From contig RDEW01000016.1 in the NCBI GenBank assembly GCA_011109175.1, forward strand, positions 484,811-548,810: 64,000 nucleotides of DNA. The letters are read 5' to 3'. The position numbers and the translations under genes were made by a program. The stretch comes from Dicyema japonicum. Its lineage: Eukaryota; Animalia; Dicyemida. The notes below the pieces were generated by a model that saw only the letters and a program-made list of their open reading frames with translations, searched no databases and was not told the DNA's origin. The stretch's first letter is position 1, and every line of letters starts with the position of its first letter. Shown piece by piece: positions 1 through 10,960 of the stretch.

Positions 1-463
1 ACTAACATAAACCCGCATGTTAATCTTGCAAACTTTTTTTAAAACAGCGTGAAGTGTTTGCACAGGCAATCTCATGCCAAAGTCAGATTACGTCATACGG
101 ACGATTCTCTTCTGTTATTTCATGCTGTTTTCAGAAAAAAATCAATCTGAATCTTCCGTTCATTGACGAAGGCGAGGATCCCATATAAGAAAATCCGGTT
201 TTGCAGTGAGGTCACTGATGAGGCTTCACTCGTCAAACCGAAAAGCTTTCAATCTGAATTGACGTTAAAAAAGATTTGAATCCTAAATAAACCGATTTGT
301 TAGGCATTTATGACACTAGTTATCCGAGCTTTCGTCCCGAGATCGGACGTACTTCCTGTATCCACGAGTTACATTTGGAAATTTTGGATGCGTCCCGTTC
401 TCTCACAAGTGCCTCGAAAAGTTGGGTCTTAGCGGCAAGGAGAAACTTTTTATAGTCCTAGAG

Positions 464-1200
464 CAGAGGTTGTCAAACGGTGTGCCGCGAGACAATTTCT
501 AGTGCCAAATACAAATTTGAATAAATTTATATAACATTTTGACCTAATTAATTTAAAAAAAATAAACAAATTAAAATAATTACTAAAATTATAATCATTT
601 TTTTATATATATTAAATGACATTTACATTGGTTAACCATTAATTATTAATTTTTTAATAACGTGCGAATCAACGTGCTTATGTGTAAATCAGTTCGTCGT
701 TCTTATAATGATTCTTATTTGTCATTTGGATTTATATGCAAATAAAAAATAATAAACTACCTCAATGTCTAATTTGCATGAAGTCTTGGCGAATGATGCT
801 ATGATTCCTAGCAAACTAAAGAGAAATGTTACTTCCAAGCATCCAGACTATTCCGAAAAATCTGGGATTAACTTATCCATTTGAAAAAACAACAAAGTAT
901 TATTTAGTATTTTACTATGAATCGTAAATCTAGTCAATGATGTTCAGTGAAACTTTTGTAAACACAAAGGAATCATTGAAATGTTCATACCTGATCTCAG
1001 AATTGATAGCAAAAACAACTAAAACCTCACACAGTATTGGGGAAAATTTGATAATCCCTGCTTGTCGTATTATTGCTCGGACTATGGTCATAAATATGAA
1101 CAAAAAATAATGAAGATACCTTTCTCAGATAACACTGTTTCTCGTCGGATTTGTGCTTTGTTGGAAGAATATTGAAATAATGTTTCATTTTCTATTAAAG
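464..1200 (+). mobile_element. hAT (Buster/Charlie-like) left end plus degraded transposase N-terminus
   Basis: TIR-like CAGAGGTTGTCAAACGG at 464 after TCCTAGAG. Broken translation PQCLICHEVLANDAMIPSKLKR...KHP, HSIGENLIIPAC, IPFSDNTVSRRI matches Buster/ZBED5-type motifs. Confidence 0.8.
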
Positions 1201-1668
1201 AAACTCTTTTTTTTAATTATTGTCCGTATGTGATAGCGTTAAAAAAATAAATTAAAAATTGTGGCAGATTTTAAAAATTGGCCAATTTAATAAGGAGAAT
1301 AGGATCATGAAGTGTGTCAAATTGGCTTCCAAACTTCTGTATTTACACCTAGTGATTAGGTAAAATTTATTAACCTCAAGCTTGCAATCTTAGGCAAGCC
1401 CAGCACAAACAGTCATAATTAATAAATCCACGGAAGGAACCCAAGGGAGAACGTCTGCTTGTACCGACCAATTAAATTCTCCAATATTCCACTACAGGCT
1501 TCCGAAGAGAGGTTGCTTCATTCTTTAGCGGAGGAGTTTTCATAAAGTAATCTTCACCAGTTGATTTGGTATGGTGAAGAAAGGAAAATCCCTCTTAACA
1601 ACTGTCTCGTTCCAGAAGGACTCGTCGATATGGCTATTTGATTGACATTTTCTATTCTTTCAATCTGC

Positions 1669-1881
1669 TGACGTCATCAGATCCACCTCACTCAGAAGAC
1701 TCACACTGCCTGACCGGCATTCAAAATGTTTCATTTCTTCATTCCAATGTGAGACTACTTCACTTCTGTCGACGAGTTATGCTAAGACCTCAGTTTCTCA
1801 TGCTGTACCTGGTCGAGAGCTCCACTGGGACGCGTCTGGATCAAGGGATTAGTTAGCTTGTTTTTACTCTGTCTTTGGAAT
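1669..1881 (+). repeat. HDV-like-pseudoknot-headed short interspersed repeat, degenerate full-length copy
   Basis: TGACGTC-AT-CAGATCC-ACC-TCACTCA-GAA-GACTCAC-AC-TGCCtgaccGGCA-TTCAAAA head, and the family tail GGATCAAGG...GTCTTTGGAAT shared with 4479-4745 and 42293-42430. Confidence 0.6.
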
Positions 1882-2239
1882 ATTTTATTTAATTCTATTC
1901 AGTTCCCTTTTATTCCGTCATTATGCGAAGAATGAGGTCTTTTTTGGATCCCGGCCAGGTATTGGAATTTGATGGATACAATGACTCCTGTAGTAATAGA
2001 AGACAAAAGGTAGAACGGAAATCCTTTGACCACATCACCACACATTAACCACGTGGTTTATTTCAGACAATCACAAACGCGGACTTTAACAAGTGTTTAT
2101 ATTCCTTTACTGCCTAAGCACTGAAATAGGGTTAATTCATAAGTTATGAATATCCTTTTTTCAGATCAATTCCTGCGTTTGCAAGACATAAAGACGTCAA
2201 TTGTTAATAGAGATTAAAGTTCAGATGTTAAAGGTTAAC

Positions 2240-2425
2240 GGGCGTCATGAGATCCACTTGTCCAAGGCGACGCCTAGCGCCTGGACGGCATATAAGGCAT
2301 ATAAAGGATCTCGTTCTTCCCTACTCTAATGAAGTGGTTCCACAATGTTGGATTTGAATGGAAAAAATTCGCCTCATTCTGACTGTGGGATCACTTGTTA
2401 GTTGGAGTTACTCTCTGCGTCAAAC
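2240..2425 (+). ncRNA. Candidate HDV-like ribozyme head (2240-2312), best-preserved copy of the short repeat family
   Basis: P1 2240-2246/2269-2275 (7 bp, G1.U wobble), P2 2249-2255/2306-2312 (7 bp), P3 2256-2258/2266-2268 (imperfect), P4 2279-2281/2287-2289, in HDV order. L3 and P1.1 are non-canonical. Confidence 0.5.
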
Positions 2426-3419
2426 CTCGAAGGTATCCTGCGCGTTTTTAATCTGGTATTGCTCCCCCTGTTAGTGGATTAGATATGTGTAGTATTCCAT
2501 ACATTAGCGAGGTCTGAAATAAGCAAAAACAGACAATTTCTTTGATGTTAAAATAATTATGTTGTTCGGTGGTTGGTGTGCAACAGACATGCCAAATATT
2601 TAAATTTTTATTTTTTTAAATTTATTGAACCAGAAAACACCGTCATAGTCAGAATAAAAAAATCCTGTGTTCTCAGCTTCCCTCAGCAGTCTTCACATGC
2701 TCGGACTTGAAGGAAGTGCCGTCCAGGGGAACTCTTTTGAATATAATTGAGGATGAAGTTCCATGAGCCAAAATGGGAAGAGGAACAGAAGAATCAAAAA
2801 TAATCTTCATTTAATGTAGCCACATAGCCACCAACACTAACTTTGGCGCCACTTGGTATAGTTGCTAAAATAGGAATCAAATATTATGTCGCGAGCGCTG
2901 AAAGTGATGCCAGGTGATTTGCCAGGTGTCAACAGCTATCATGTTTATTGCAAATTAATCAATAATTAAGTTTCTGAATAATTTTGTGCATTTTTTTATA
3001 TAAAATCAATATTTTTACTAATAAAGATTAATCTTAGGTAATAATTTATTATTATGAGTAAAGTATTTTATAAAGATTTACGCCAATTTTTGCTGGCATA
3101 CCATAATTTTTGACAATAAAATCAAAAAACTAGCCAACATCAAGATGTCCTGATGCCTAATAAAGTTACCATAAAAACTACTGAAGAGAACAACATTATA
3201 AAATGCATGCTGGAGGGACAAGACCTGAATGTATCAGCAAATCGGAAGTATAGAATAGTTTTTATTTAATTAAAATTTAGGAGAAATAAACAGAAATTTA
3301 ATATTATCGTCGTATGCTCCCATGTTCCGGAATTCGCGGAAGTTGTAGAAAATCCCGACATTTATAATAAAGGTTTTTTATTGTTATTTATTAGTAAAGA
3401 TGATGAGTAACCAGTTAAA

Positions 3420-3720
3420 CTTTGAGAGGGTGAATTTGGAGTCTTCATATTATAGAAGAATGAATAGGAAGATAAGAGTCCATCGATCAAAATATGAGTT
3501 AGATGTTGGAGATATTGAATTCTATTTTTAATCGCTTAAAGGTTCGTATTAAAAAAAATTATGGGACGAATCCATCTCTTCGATTGAAAAAATTTTGAAC
3601 ATCCGTATGGGGATCCAGTTACTATTGTCGAGAAATTGTCTAATAATTTTGTCAAAGTCGAAGATAGTGCTGGTCTATTAAGAAAGTTCATTTAACGACG
3701 ACTAAATTCAAGACGACTTT
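3420..3720 (+). mobile_element. Possible Gypsy/Ginger integrase C-terminal relic
   Basis: Broken frame KFEHPYGDPVTIVEKLSNNFVKVEDSAGLLRKVH resembles the GPY/F region of these integrases. Confidence 0.3.
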
Positions 3721-4099
3721 GAAATAATAGTTAATTATCACTTGTTAGTTGTTAATAATTGACCTTAGTTAACTTTGATGTAATAAATTATTTTTATGAT
3801 CTCAGAGGTTTGGGGTTATTTTTAATTTGTAATTTTTTAAGTTAATGCCGATTTTTATATTTAAAATTTACCAATTTACTATGATTAACAAAATTTACCC
3901 AGTGATGTAGCAAGCGCTGTCCGCTGCGCCGTCATCAACTGGAGGTTCGATTGCCACCTACTTTGTCGAGGAATTCCTTTCTGGTCTTGTCTCCATCTAA
4001 CATGGAGGATACAACCTCTCGATCCCACTCTCAATGGATTCAAAAGACATCGGAAACCTGATAATTTAAAATAAGGGAGCGATTGAGTTATCAATGTCT

Positions 4100-4240
4100 G
4101 GGCTTGAATTCAAAGCTACCCCATATTGGAGGAACTCGGGTATGCCTGAACCGTATCTGATTGCTTATCGGGACAAGAGAGACAAAAGCTGGCTTATTGG
4201 GCGCATTTACTTACTGATCGTCAAGGGAAATAGGTTTTAA
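4100..4240 (+). mobile_element. CRE-like non-LTR 3' fragment
   Basis: RDKRDKSWLIGRIYLLIVKGN parallels the ERRWLFERISLAILRGN C-terminus of ORF 44354-45283. Confidence 0.45.
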
Positions 4241-4478
4241 ATTAAATTTGTTGAACCAGAAAAACACCGTTATAGCCAAAACGAAAAATTCAGATAATCC
4301 CGGTCACTTTCAGTTGCCTTCTATCTTTTCCTGGTGATCAGACTGTGTTCCGGCACATCTACGGTTAGGATATGGTTCACGCGCACGAATCTCTCTGCTA
4401 AAAAATTGCTCCAGTCGCATTAACAATTTTGGACAAAAAACCAACCTTAACTGAAAGCAACTTTTAGTTGTTAGATTT

Positions 4479-4745
4479 ATTCCAAAGACCAAGGGTAACC
4501 AAATTAACTAACTCCTTGATCCTGACTCGTTCCAGCTTTCCAGAGAAAGAAGTTAAAGTAAACAACTAATTAATGTATCCAGTTTCCACTTCTACAGAAG
4601 CAGAGTCCATCCGGAATCAGCATAAAAGGTAAGACGTCCATTACATGCAGTTGTGGAAACCCCTCCAGTGGAGTGGGGGAGAGCAAATGATCCTTTTTTG
4701 TGCCGGTCTGGCACTGGGCGTCACCTAGACAGGTGGATCACATGA
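4479..4745 (-). repeat. HDV-like-pseudoknot-headed short repeat copy
   Basis: Minus strand reads TGATCC-ACC-TGTCTA-GGT-GACGCCC-AG-TGCCagaccGGCA-CAAAAAA-GGATCA (4688-4740), then the family body and tail. Confidence 0.7.
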
Positions 4746-4829
4746 GTTGTTAATTATTATTAGCACTTTCACTAGAGCCATAATATTTATAGCCCCGCAT
4801 GTGCAGCAAAAAATATAAGAGAATTAGTT

Positions 4830-6330
4830 AGGTTGCTCCACGCTCTTCAGTTCTTTGCTAGGTTCCTTAGTGAGTCTAGATCGTCAACAGATGCCAATGT
4901 TTTCTTCACGGCCTTCAGATCGTTATTTAAAACGACCGGGAGGATAGCTATCGTTGTTCAACGAAAGCAATTTACATCGGAGGAGTAGTGATCTTCCTTT
5001 GCGATATTCGGTTGAGATATCAAGTCCAACCTCTGGAAGTCTTCGAAAATTTTCCAACGAGAGCTAATGATCTTGTGGCTTAATGGAGTAAAATCACGTT
5101 TATTGTGCGTTCCATTCTGCGAGATCCTGGATGGCCAGGACATTCCAGTTATGTTTCGTAGATGATTCCTGTGAAATGAGTCTAGCCTCTTCAATTCCTC
5201 TTTAGAGGTGGCCCAGGTCCCAGAGTTGTATAGTAAGATTGGTTTGATAAAAGTGTCGTATAACATAATCCTTTGTTTTATGTTATATCCTTTCCGTTTT
5301 AGCCAAAGATTTTTTAGCCTTTGTAATGCCGCATTTGCTAATGTTTTTCTCCGTTTGATGTCTTTGCTATCTTCTAGTAGAGAGCCAAGTTTCTTTATGT
5401 GTCTCCATTTTTCTTCGAGTGAGTTGTTCATTCGTCTTATTTCTGTCCGTTCTGTTTTTTCCCTGTTCACGGTGAGAAACCATTTCCCAAGTATATCTTG
5501 TGCATTTTCTAGTACATGCTCCAGGAGTTCTATGTCTTAAGAAATTAGGTCGACATCATCAGCATAAATCACTTCTTCTATTTTTCCTTGATATATGGTC
5601 TCAGTTCCCTCATAGCGGCCTCCAAGTATATTGTGAATAGTAGGGGAGAGAGGGAGTCTCCTTGAGGAGTGCCTGTGTTTGTTTCAAATTTTCTTGAGTA
5701 GGTTTTTCCAACTCTCACAAGGAGCTCTGTGTTAGATAGAAAGATTTGAATCATTCTTAGACTCGATTCGTCAATAAACCCTTCCAGCACTGTCATCAAT
5801 TTTTTCCTGTTAACCGAGTCAAAGGCTGTTGATAGATCTATTCCCAGAATGTGGATAGCATTGAAATATCTTTGATGTGTTGCACATCTCCATCTGTGAC
5901 TCCAGACTGCATCAGCTGTTGATCTTCCTTCTCTGAACTCACTTTGACTTTCTGGTAGGTATTCATAGGCGGGTCCTTTTATTCGTTCCAATACAATGTT
6001 AGCTAAGACTTTCCGTAGAGAATTTGATAATATAATAGGTCGTAAGTTTTCAACCGGTCCTTTGGGTTTATTGGGTTTTTGTATAGGTATTGGTAATCTC
6101 GTTCCCAGGGCAAGTTGAGTTAGTTGAAAACATTTCATTTTGTAGTGTAGCGATTTTTTCAAAAAGGGGGTCAGGCCTGTATTTCAGTAATTCTAGGTTT
6201 ATCGTATCTGGTCCAGGGCTTCTGTTATTTTTTAGTTTTTGACATGCTGTTTTTACTTCCAAAATTGAAATTGGTTCTTTTAAGGGTCTAGGCTTTCCTT
6301 TGAATGGGGGGATTGCTGTAGAGTTGTTAA
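4830..6330 (-). mobile_element. RTE-clade non-LTR retrotransposon, reverse transcriptase and 3' end, frameshifted
   Basis: ORFs 6068-6262, 5578-6162 and 4958-5470: NRSPGPD, LRPIILSN, DLSTAFDSV, GTPQGDSLSPLLF; YADD at ~5550-5570; RTE-type C-terminus IKPILLYNSGTW...FHRNHLRNI. Confidence 0.9.
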
Positions 6331-6675
6331 TTGTTTTTATTTAAATAATAAATTTTATAAAAAATAATTATTATTAATAATAAAATGTCAACAAAGTGCG
6401 ATTTCTTCTAAAGTATGTAAATAATAAAAAATTATGTAGATCTGATATCCAACACATGAGGACTTTCACAAATATGTGATGTCCTAAGTTATCTTAATAA
6501 TTCTCCTTCCTTGAATCACGGATGAGCTGATTTTTAGATTATTATGACATCAGTTTTCGCATACGTTATCTCAACGAGTATATATGCCACTTGAAAGACA
6601 CCAAATCGAATTTTTGAAATTAAAATTTGAGTCTGAGGTCTATGAGGTTTATGTGCATGTTATATCTGACAATTC

Positions 6676-6760
6676 ACCACAACTGCAAGGAATGGACGTC
6701 TTCTACCCTTTATACTGGTTCTGGATGGACTCGTGTGACGTTGAAGGATACATTGAATTC
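6676..6760 (+). repeat. Body-only fragment of the HDV-like-headed repeat
   Basis: CCACAACTGCAAGGAATGGACGTCTT...CTGGATGGACTC aligns with the reverse complement of ~4570-4660. Another body fragment lies at ~19645-19695 (-). Confidence 0.55.
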
Positions 6761-8035
6761 TGAAACTAAATGCGCTCTAAATGTGTGAAATACAGCCTTT
6801 AAAGCAAATCTGTTGTAAAATATTGTGTTAATCATTGGATCCTTAATATTATCGAAATATTACGTAATTTGTCACATGTGTCTCACAAACCAATACGATA
6901 TGCTGAATGTACAAATAAAGAGTCCTTCATCACTAAATCCTGAATATACACTGTTCATTAAAGCATATCCCAAGAAGCTTATATGTCGACAATCTTCTAA
7001 AAGCAAACTCCCTGTTTTATAATTTTGTTGTTAACTCATGAATTTTGCCACTGAGGAGGCTGGTTATGTTGGGATGATAGAATGTGTTTGTTTGAATGAG
7101 AGTACTGTGAGTAGTTTTGAAATATGTCTGAATATATAATTGATTCTCTGTTTACGTGTGAAGTTGAACTGAGGTTAGCAATAAGCGATCGTTCACTGGA
7201 AAGTGAGCTTTATATTAAATGTTGCACAACATTTTACGTGAAATTACAAAATAGCCAATAAATGTGGAAGGCACTGAGATTTAAGAACGTGATTGTGGCT
7301 AGAGTCTACAAGACTATTGAAGAGGGACAAAGACTTCCTTCTTGTTGAGGCAGCTGTCTCAAATCAATCTCATGGAACTAGAACGATAGAGAAGCGCTTA
7401 GTCTTCTTCCATTAAAGTTGATTTATTCGGAAATCACGTTATTTAAGTGCTACCACGTGTCAAAGTCATGTTCGGTCAGTCAGTCCTGTAAAGGTGACAT
7501 GTTAAATCCGTTGGTTGTTGGAAAGTTGAAATCATCGAGATTCCATAAAATATAAGATCTGAGGATTATGGAGTACTAATTTTAAATATCAATTTTCTAA
7601 ATCTTCATATTCAAATGTCCTCTATGAAGCAATTTGTATTCATGAAATTATTATGAGACTTTGTTGTAGATGCGACAAGTCATCGTATTTGTTGGAGAAG
7701 CGTGGAATCGAGCAACTAGAGACACGATGGATAATTGTTTGAATAAAATAGATGAATTTTGACAAAATGTTCCCGAAATTTGCCCAAGCATTCAATCTGA
7801 ATTTTTGGATATAAATTGTTTTACGGAAAACAGAATTTGGCTAATTGGTTTTTTCCAAAGAAATGTTGATTCCACGAAACATGTGAATCCAACGCAAAAG
7901 ATTTATAGAAACTATTTTTTAGACATTTAATTTTATTAATTTTATAATTTTTTGTAAAATAAAATATTTATAGTCAAAATCATAGCAAAAAGGGAGAATA
8001 AAATCCTAATGTAATGATTAGATAATATTCATTAC

Positions 8036-9496
8036 ATGGTAATTATAAGTTTGATTACTGAAAACGATGGATATTTCTTTACAGTCGAAGAATCTGTATA
8101 AATTTTACTAATGTAGACTACCGTCGAGGAATTCAAAGCGGTAATATCATTTACTGAGGTATTAGTCATGCCCTCATATGCATAGGGCATTAACCCAGAG
8201 AACCAACAGCTATTTCACGGTGGGCGATCTCTTCTGGACTCTGAGATCCTAAGCTCCCTTGGTATTATTAATTTAATCTTCATAAAATTAGATTTCGGGG
8301 AAAACACAATCTACTTGTACGGTCGGATTGCAAACGTAAGCATTTTGGCTTACGATAGTTAAACATGTTTAATTTTATTTCTAACGAAATAAAATTAAAA
8401 ATTTACCAACGTGTGACATTATACAAACACTTCCTCAAATGTGCTGGACGGATATTAAGCTCTTTGGAAGTTTGGTGGTAATTAAGACTTAGAACGATAA
8501 CAACGACGACGACTTCACCATTTATGACTATGTTGATGAGGAAGTCAGACGACATTCATCGAGTCCATTCATGCTCCATGCAGGGACTTATGAGAATATG
8601 TTTTTATCGTTTCTATTTGAAGTGACGACTTAAATCCATACATAAATGAGTTATATTCAACGTGTTTTGACCTACAACGGCGATTTAACACAATAAACGA
8701 AACTTCTACAAAAGTTTGGAAGGCGAAAACAACGTAATCTTGATTTTTAAGGATTTCCTTAATATAGAGACCGGATGCTGAAACGTTGAAAAAATTCGAG
8801 TCACGCAGAATTCGATTCACTCATTACATTTCTCATGTTCTTCACGGACTAACGGAGTTTATCATGGCTAAAAATTGGGAGGACCAATACCAGTTTTTTC
8901 TCTACAAGGATCCCAACCATAACATAAATGTCTTACCTTAATATTAGACTTAGACCAGAAGAAATTCACTGGTTTTCGATGACCAATATTTTAATACTAT
9001 GACCTCTGATCCCACGCATGTTCCTGAAAATGCTGTTATTCTTCATAATCGTCCTGGACTGAACTTGTTGACGAAACAACACCTTGCGAGTTCACAGAAT
9101 TCCGACAGAAAATATGTCTTTTATAACCAAATTGGGCATCGTCTTCCTCGACCAGTTGAGAATGACAACCCCCAAAGTACATTCGGAATGGATGTGGATG
9201 ATTCCGTTACAGCGATAGACAAGTTTTTGAGCTGCAATTCAAGCCATTTCCACGAACCAATAAAAGTTTTTTGAATTTAAATTTTATAGAATCATTCATC
9301 TCACGTTAATGTCCGCAGGTCTAGTAGGACTGAGATCCTTCCATCAGATTTGCCGATAAGATCCTTCTACCGGTCTCGTCAATCGCCGATTTGGATTGAA
9401 ACCAACGAAGATTCGTTGATTTCGCCACGGGTTTGGGGTTATCTGAAAAAAGGAAAATATAGAGACTGCTACTACCATCCCCCCATTGAATCTTGA
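8036..9496 (+). CDS. Spliced N-terminal UBL-domain protein, BAG6/Scythe-like (divergent), ~409 aa
   Basis: Removing 9 GT-AG introns (8096-8116, 8159-8185, 8262-8291, 8336-8358, 8470-8492, 8600-8622, 8734-8769, 8930-8953, 9266-9289) gives a 1230-nt open frame. The N-terminus TTVEEFKAVISFTEGINPENQQLFHGGRSLLDSEILSSL is ubiquitin-like. QRVTLYKHFLKCAGRILSSLEN and YISHVLHGLTEF recall the BAG6 DUF3538 region (from memory). Confidence 0.7.
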
Positions 9497-9538
9497 AAAT
9501 CAAGGTCTACGAGATATAAGATTTCGCTATCGGAATTC

Positions 9539-10140
9539 TTATTTACATGAGTTATTTTCAAAATTTTCTATACCTGTAGGAACTCTGATGAGAGAGCTCG
9601 AAGGATCTCTCGTGAAAGAATTATCATGATAGCTGATGAGATAGATGAAAGGATGACTTTGATGATAAATGAAATGATAACTGATGAAATTAGGAGGATA
9701 TATGGACCTTTCATGTATTAAATTTATTACCGTATTATAAGATCTAGGAATACGGAGTTTAGCACAGACACGGAGACTGATAGTAGCTCCACCGAAATCG
9801 AGGTACAGCAAGTGCTGAGCATTTTACTATTTGTAGGGTATTGAAGAGGATGAACGCGAAGATCATGAGTCTGATACAAACTTTCATTATTAACGGAATG
9901 ACATTTTGTTGTGTTAAATCTATTTTTTGAAATCAGATTTGTGTTTATGTCGTAGCAATCATGGATTTGGATTATGAATATAACGTTGCTTTCCTTGTTA
10001 GTTTATTAACGGAATAACCATTAAATATAATTCCTTCCCTGTACGCGTAGTGGAATTCTGTTGGATGGCAATATAATTAGTTTTGTATCTTACTTCGGGG
10101 ATGCTTTGACATTTGCTTGGATGTGTGGTGGGATGGTTGA
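9539..10140 (-). other. Convergent coding-like segment co-duplicated with the UBL gene (paralog ~27600-27985); product unknown
   Basis: ORFs 9539-9811 and 9998-10279 (-). Nucleotide similarity to 27600-27985 continues the duplication past the UBL gene stop. Confidence 0.3.
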
Positions 10141-10960
10141 CAGGAAACATCCCTATCATGCAGACGACCGCTGAGAGATTCCCTTGCCATGATGAACTGT
10201 CCTGATGACTATCAAAGACGACTGGTTTACCTACTTTCTGGGACATAACATAACATTTTTTTATTAAAGACCAAGACATAGTAATAAATATGGGGGATTA
10301 CGTTATTAAAACCATGCCGTGAGGCCAGGATTCTTTCGCAGTTTTACCCCTATAGCTTCACAGCATCTTCTGATTGAACGTGTCATCCACTTTGGTCCTC
10401 AGGAGAAAACCCCCAATCCGTTCCACTACCACGTCCCTTACTGATTTGATCAGGGTTACCTCCTCATCTAGTGGTTTCACCCCTTTTATAAAGTGCCAGC
10501 TTGATTTCCATCCTCCTCTTATTGTCTAAAAGATTGATTATTCTTTCTCCTTTGGGCAAAAAATACCATCATTCAGATTCGTAGACAAGAGAGGGAAAAA
10601 ATAAAGATAAACGTCTCCTTCTTCAAATTTAGTTTTCGTAGACACATAAAGGCTTGGTAAGCCTTTTTCTTTTTCATTTGACACCTTCAACATAATCTTC
10701 TCTACATCCAAAACAGACACCCAAATAAAGCAAATGATCAACATTGCTGATACCACTCGATGTGTGCTCCTGTTGAAAAAAAAACTTTCTATAATGTGAA
10801 ATTCTCATGTCTTTTGACTTTTCTATTAAGAGACTTAAGCCACGGGATTTACACCACCAGAGAATTTCCTCCAAAAATCCACGTAATCTTTCCTAAGACA
10901 CTACCGGACTTTTCGAGATGTCTGATATCAGTACGTCGTCCGCGTAAATAATCAAAAAAA

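Noticed and set aside
6195-6225. SPGP as a second 2A motif
   Set aside because: It is the ordinary K/RSPGPD motif upstream of non-LTR RT domains and lacks DxExN.
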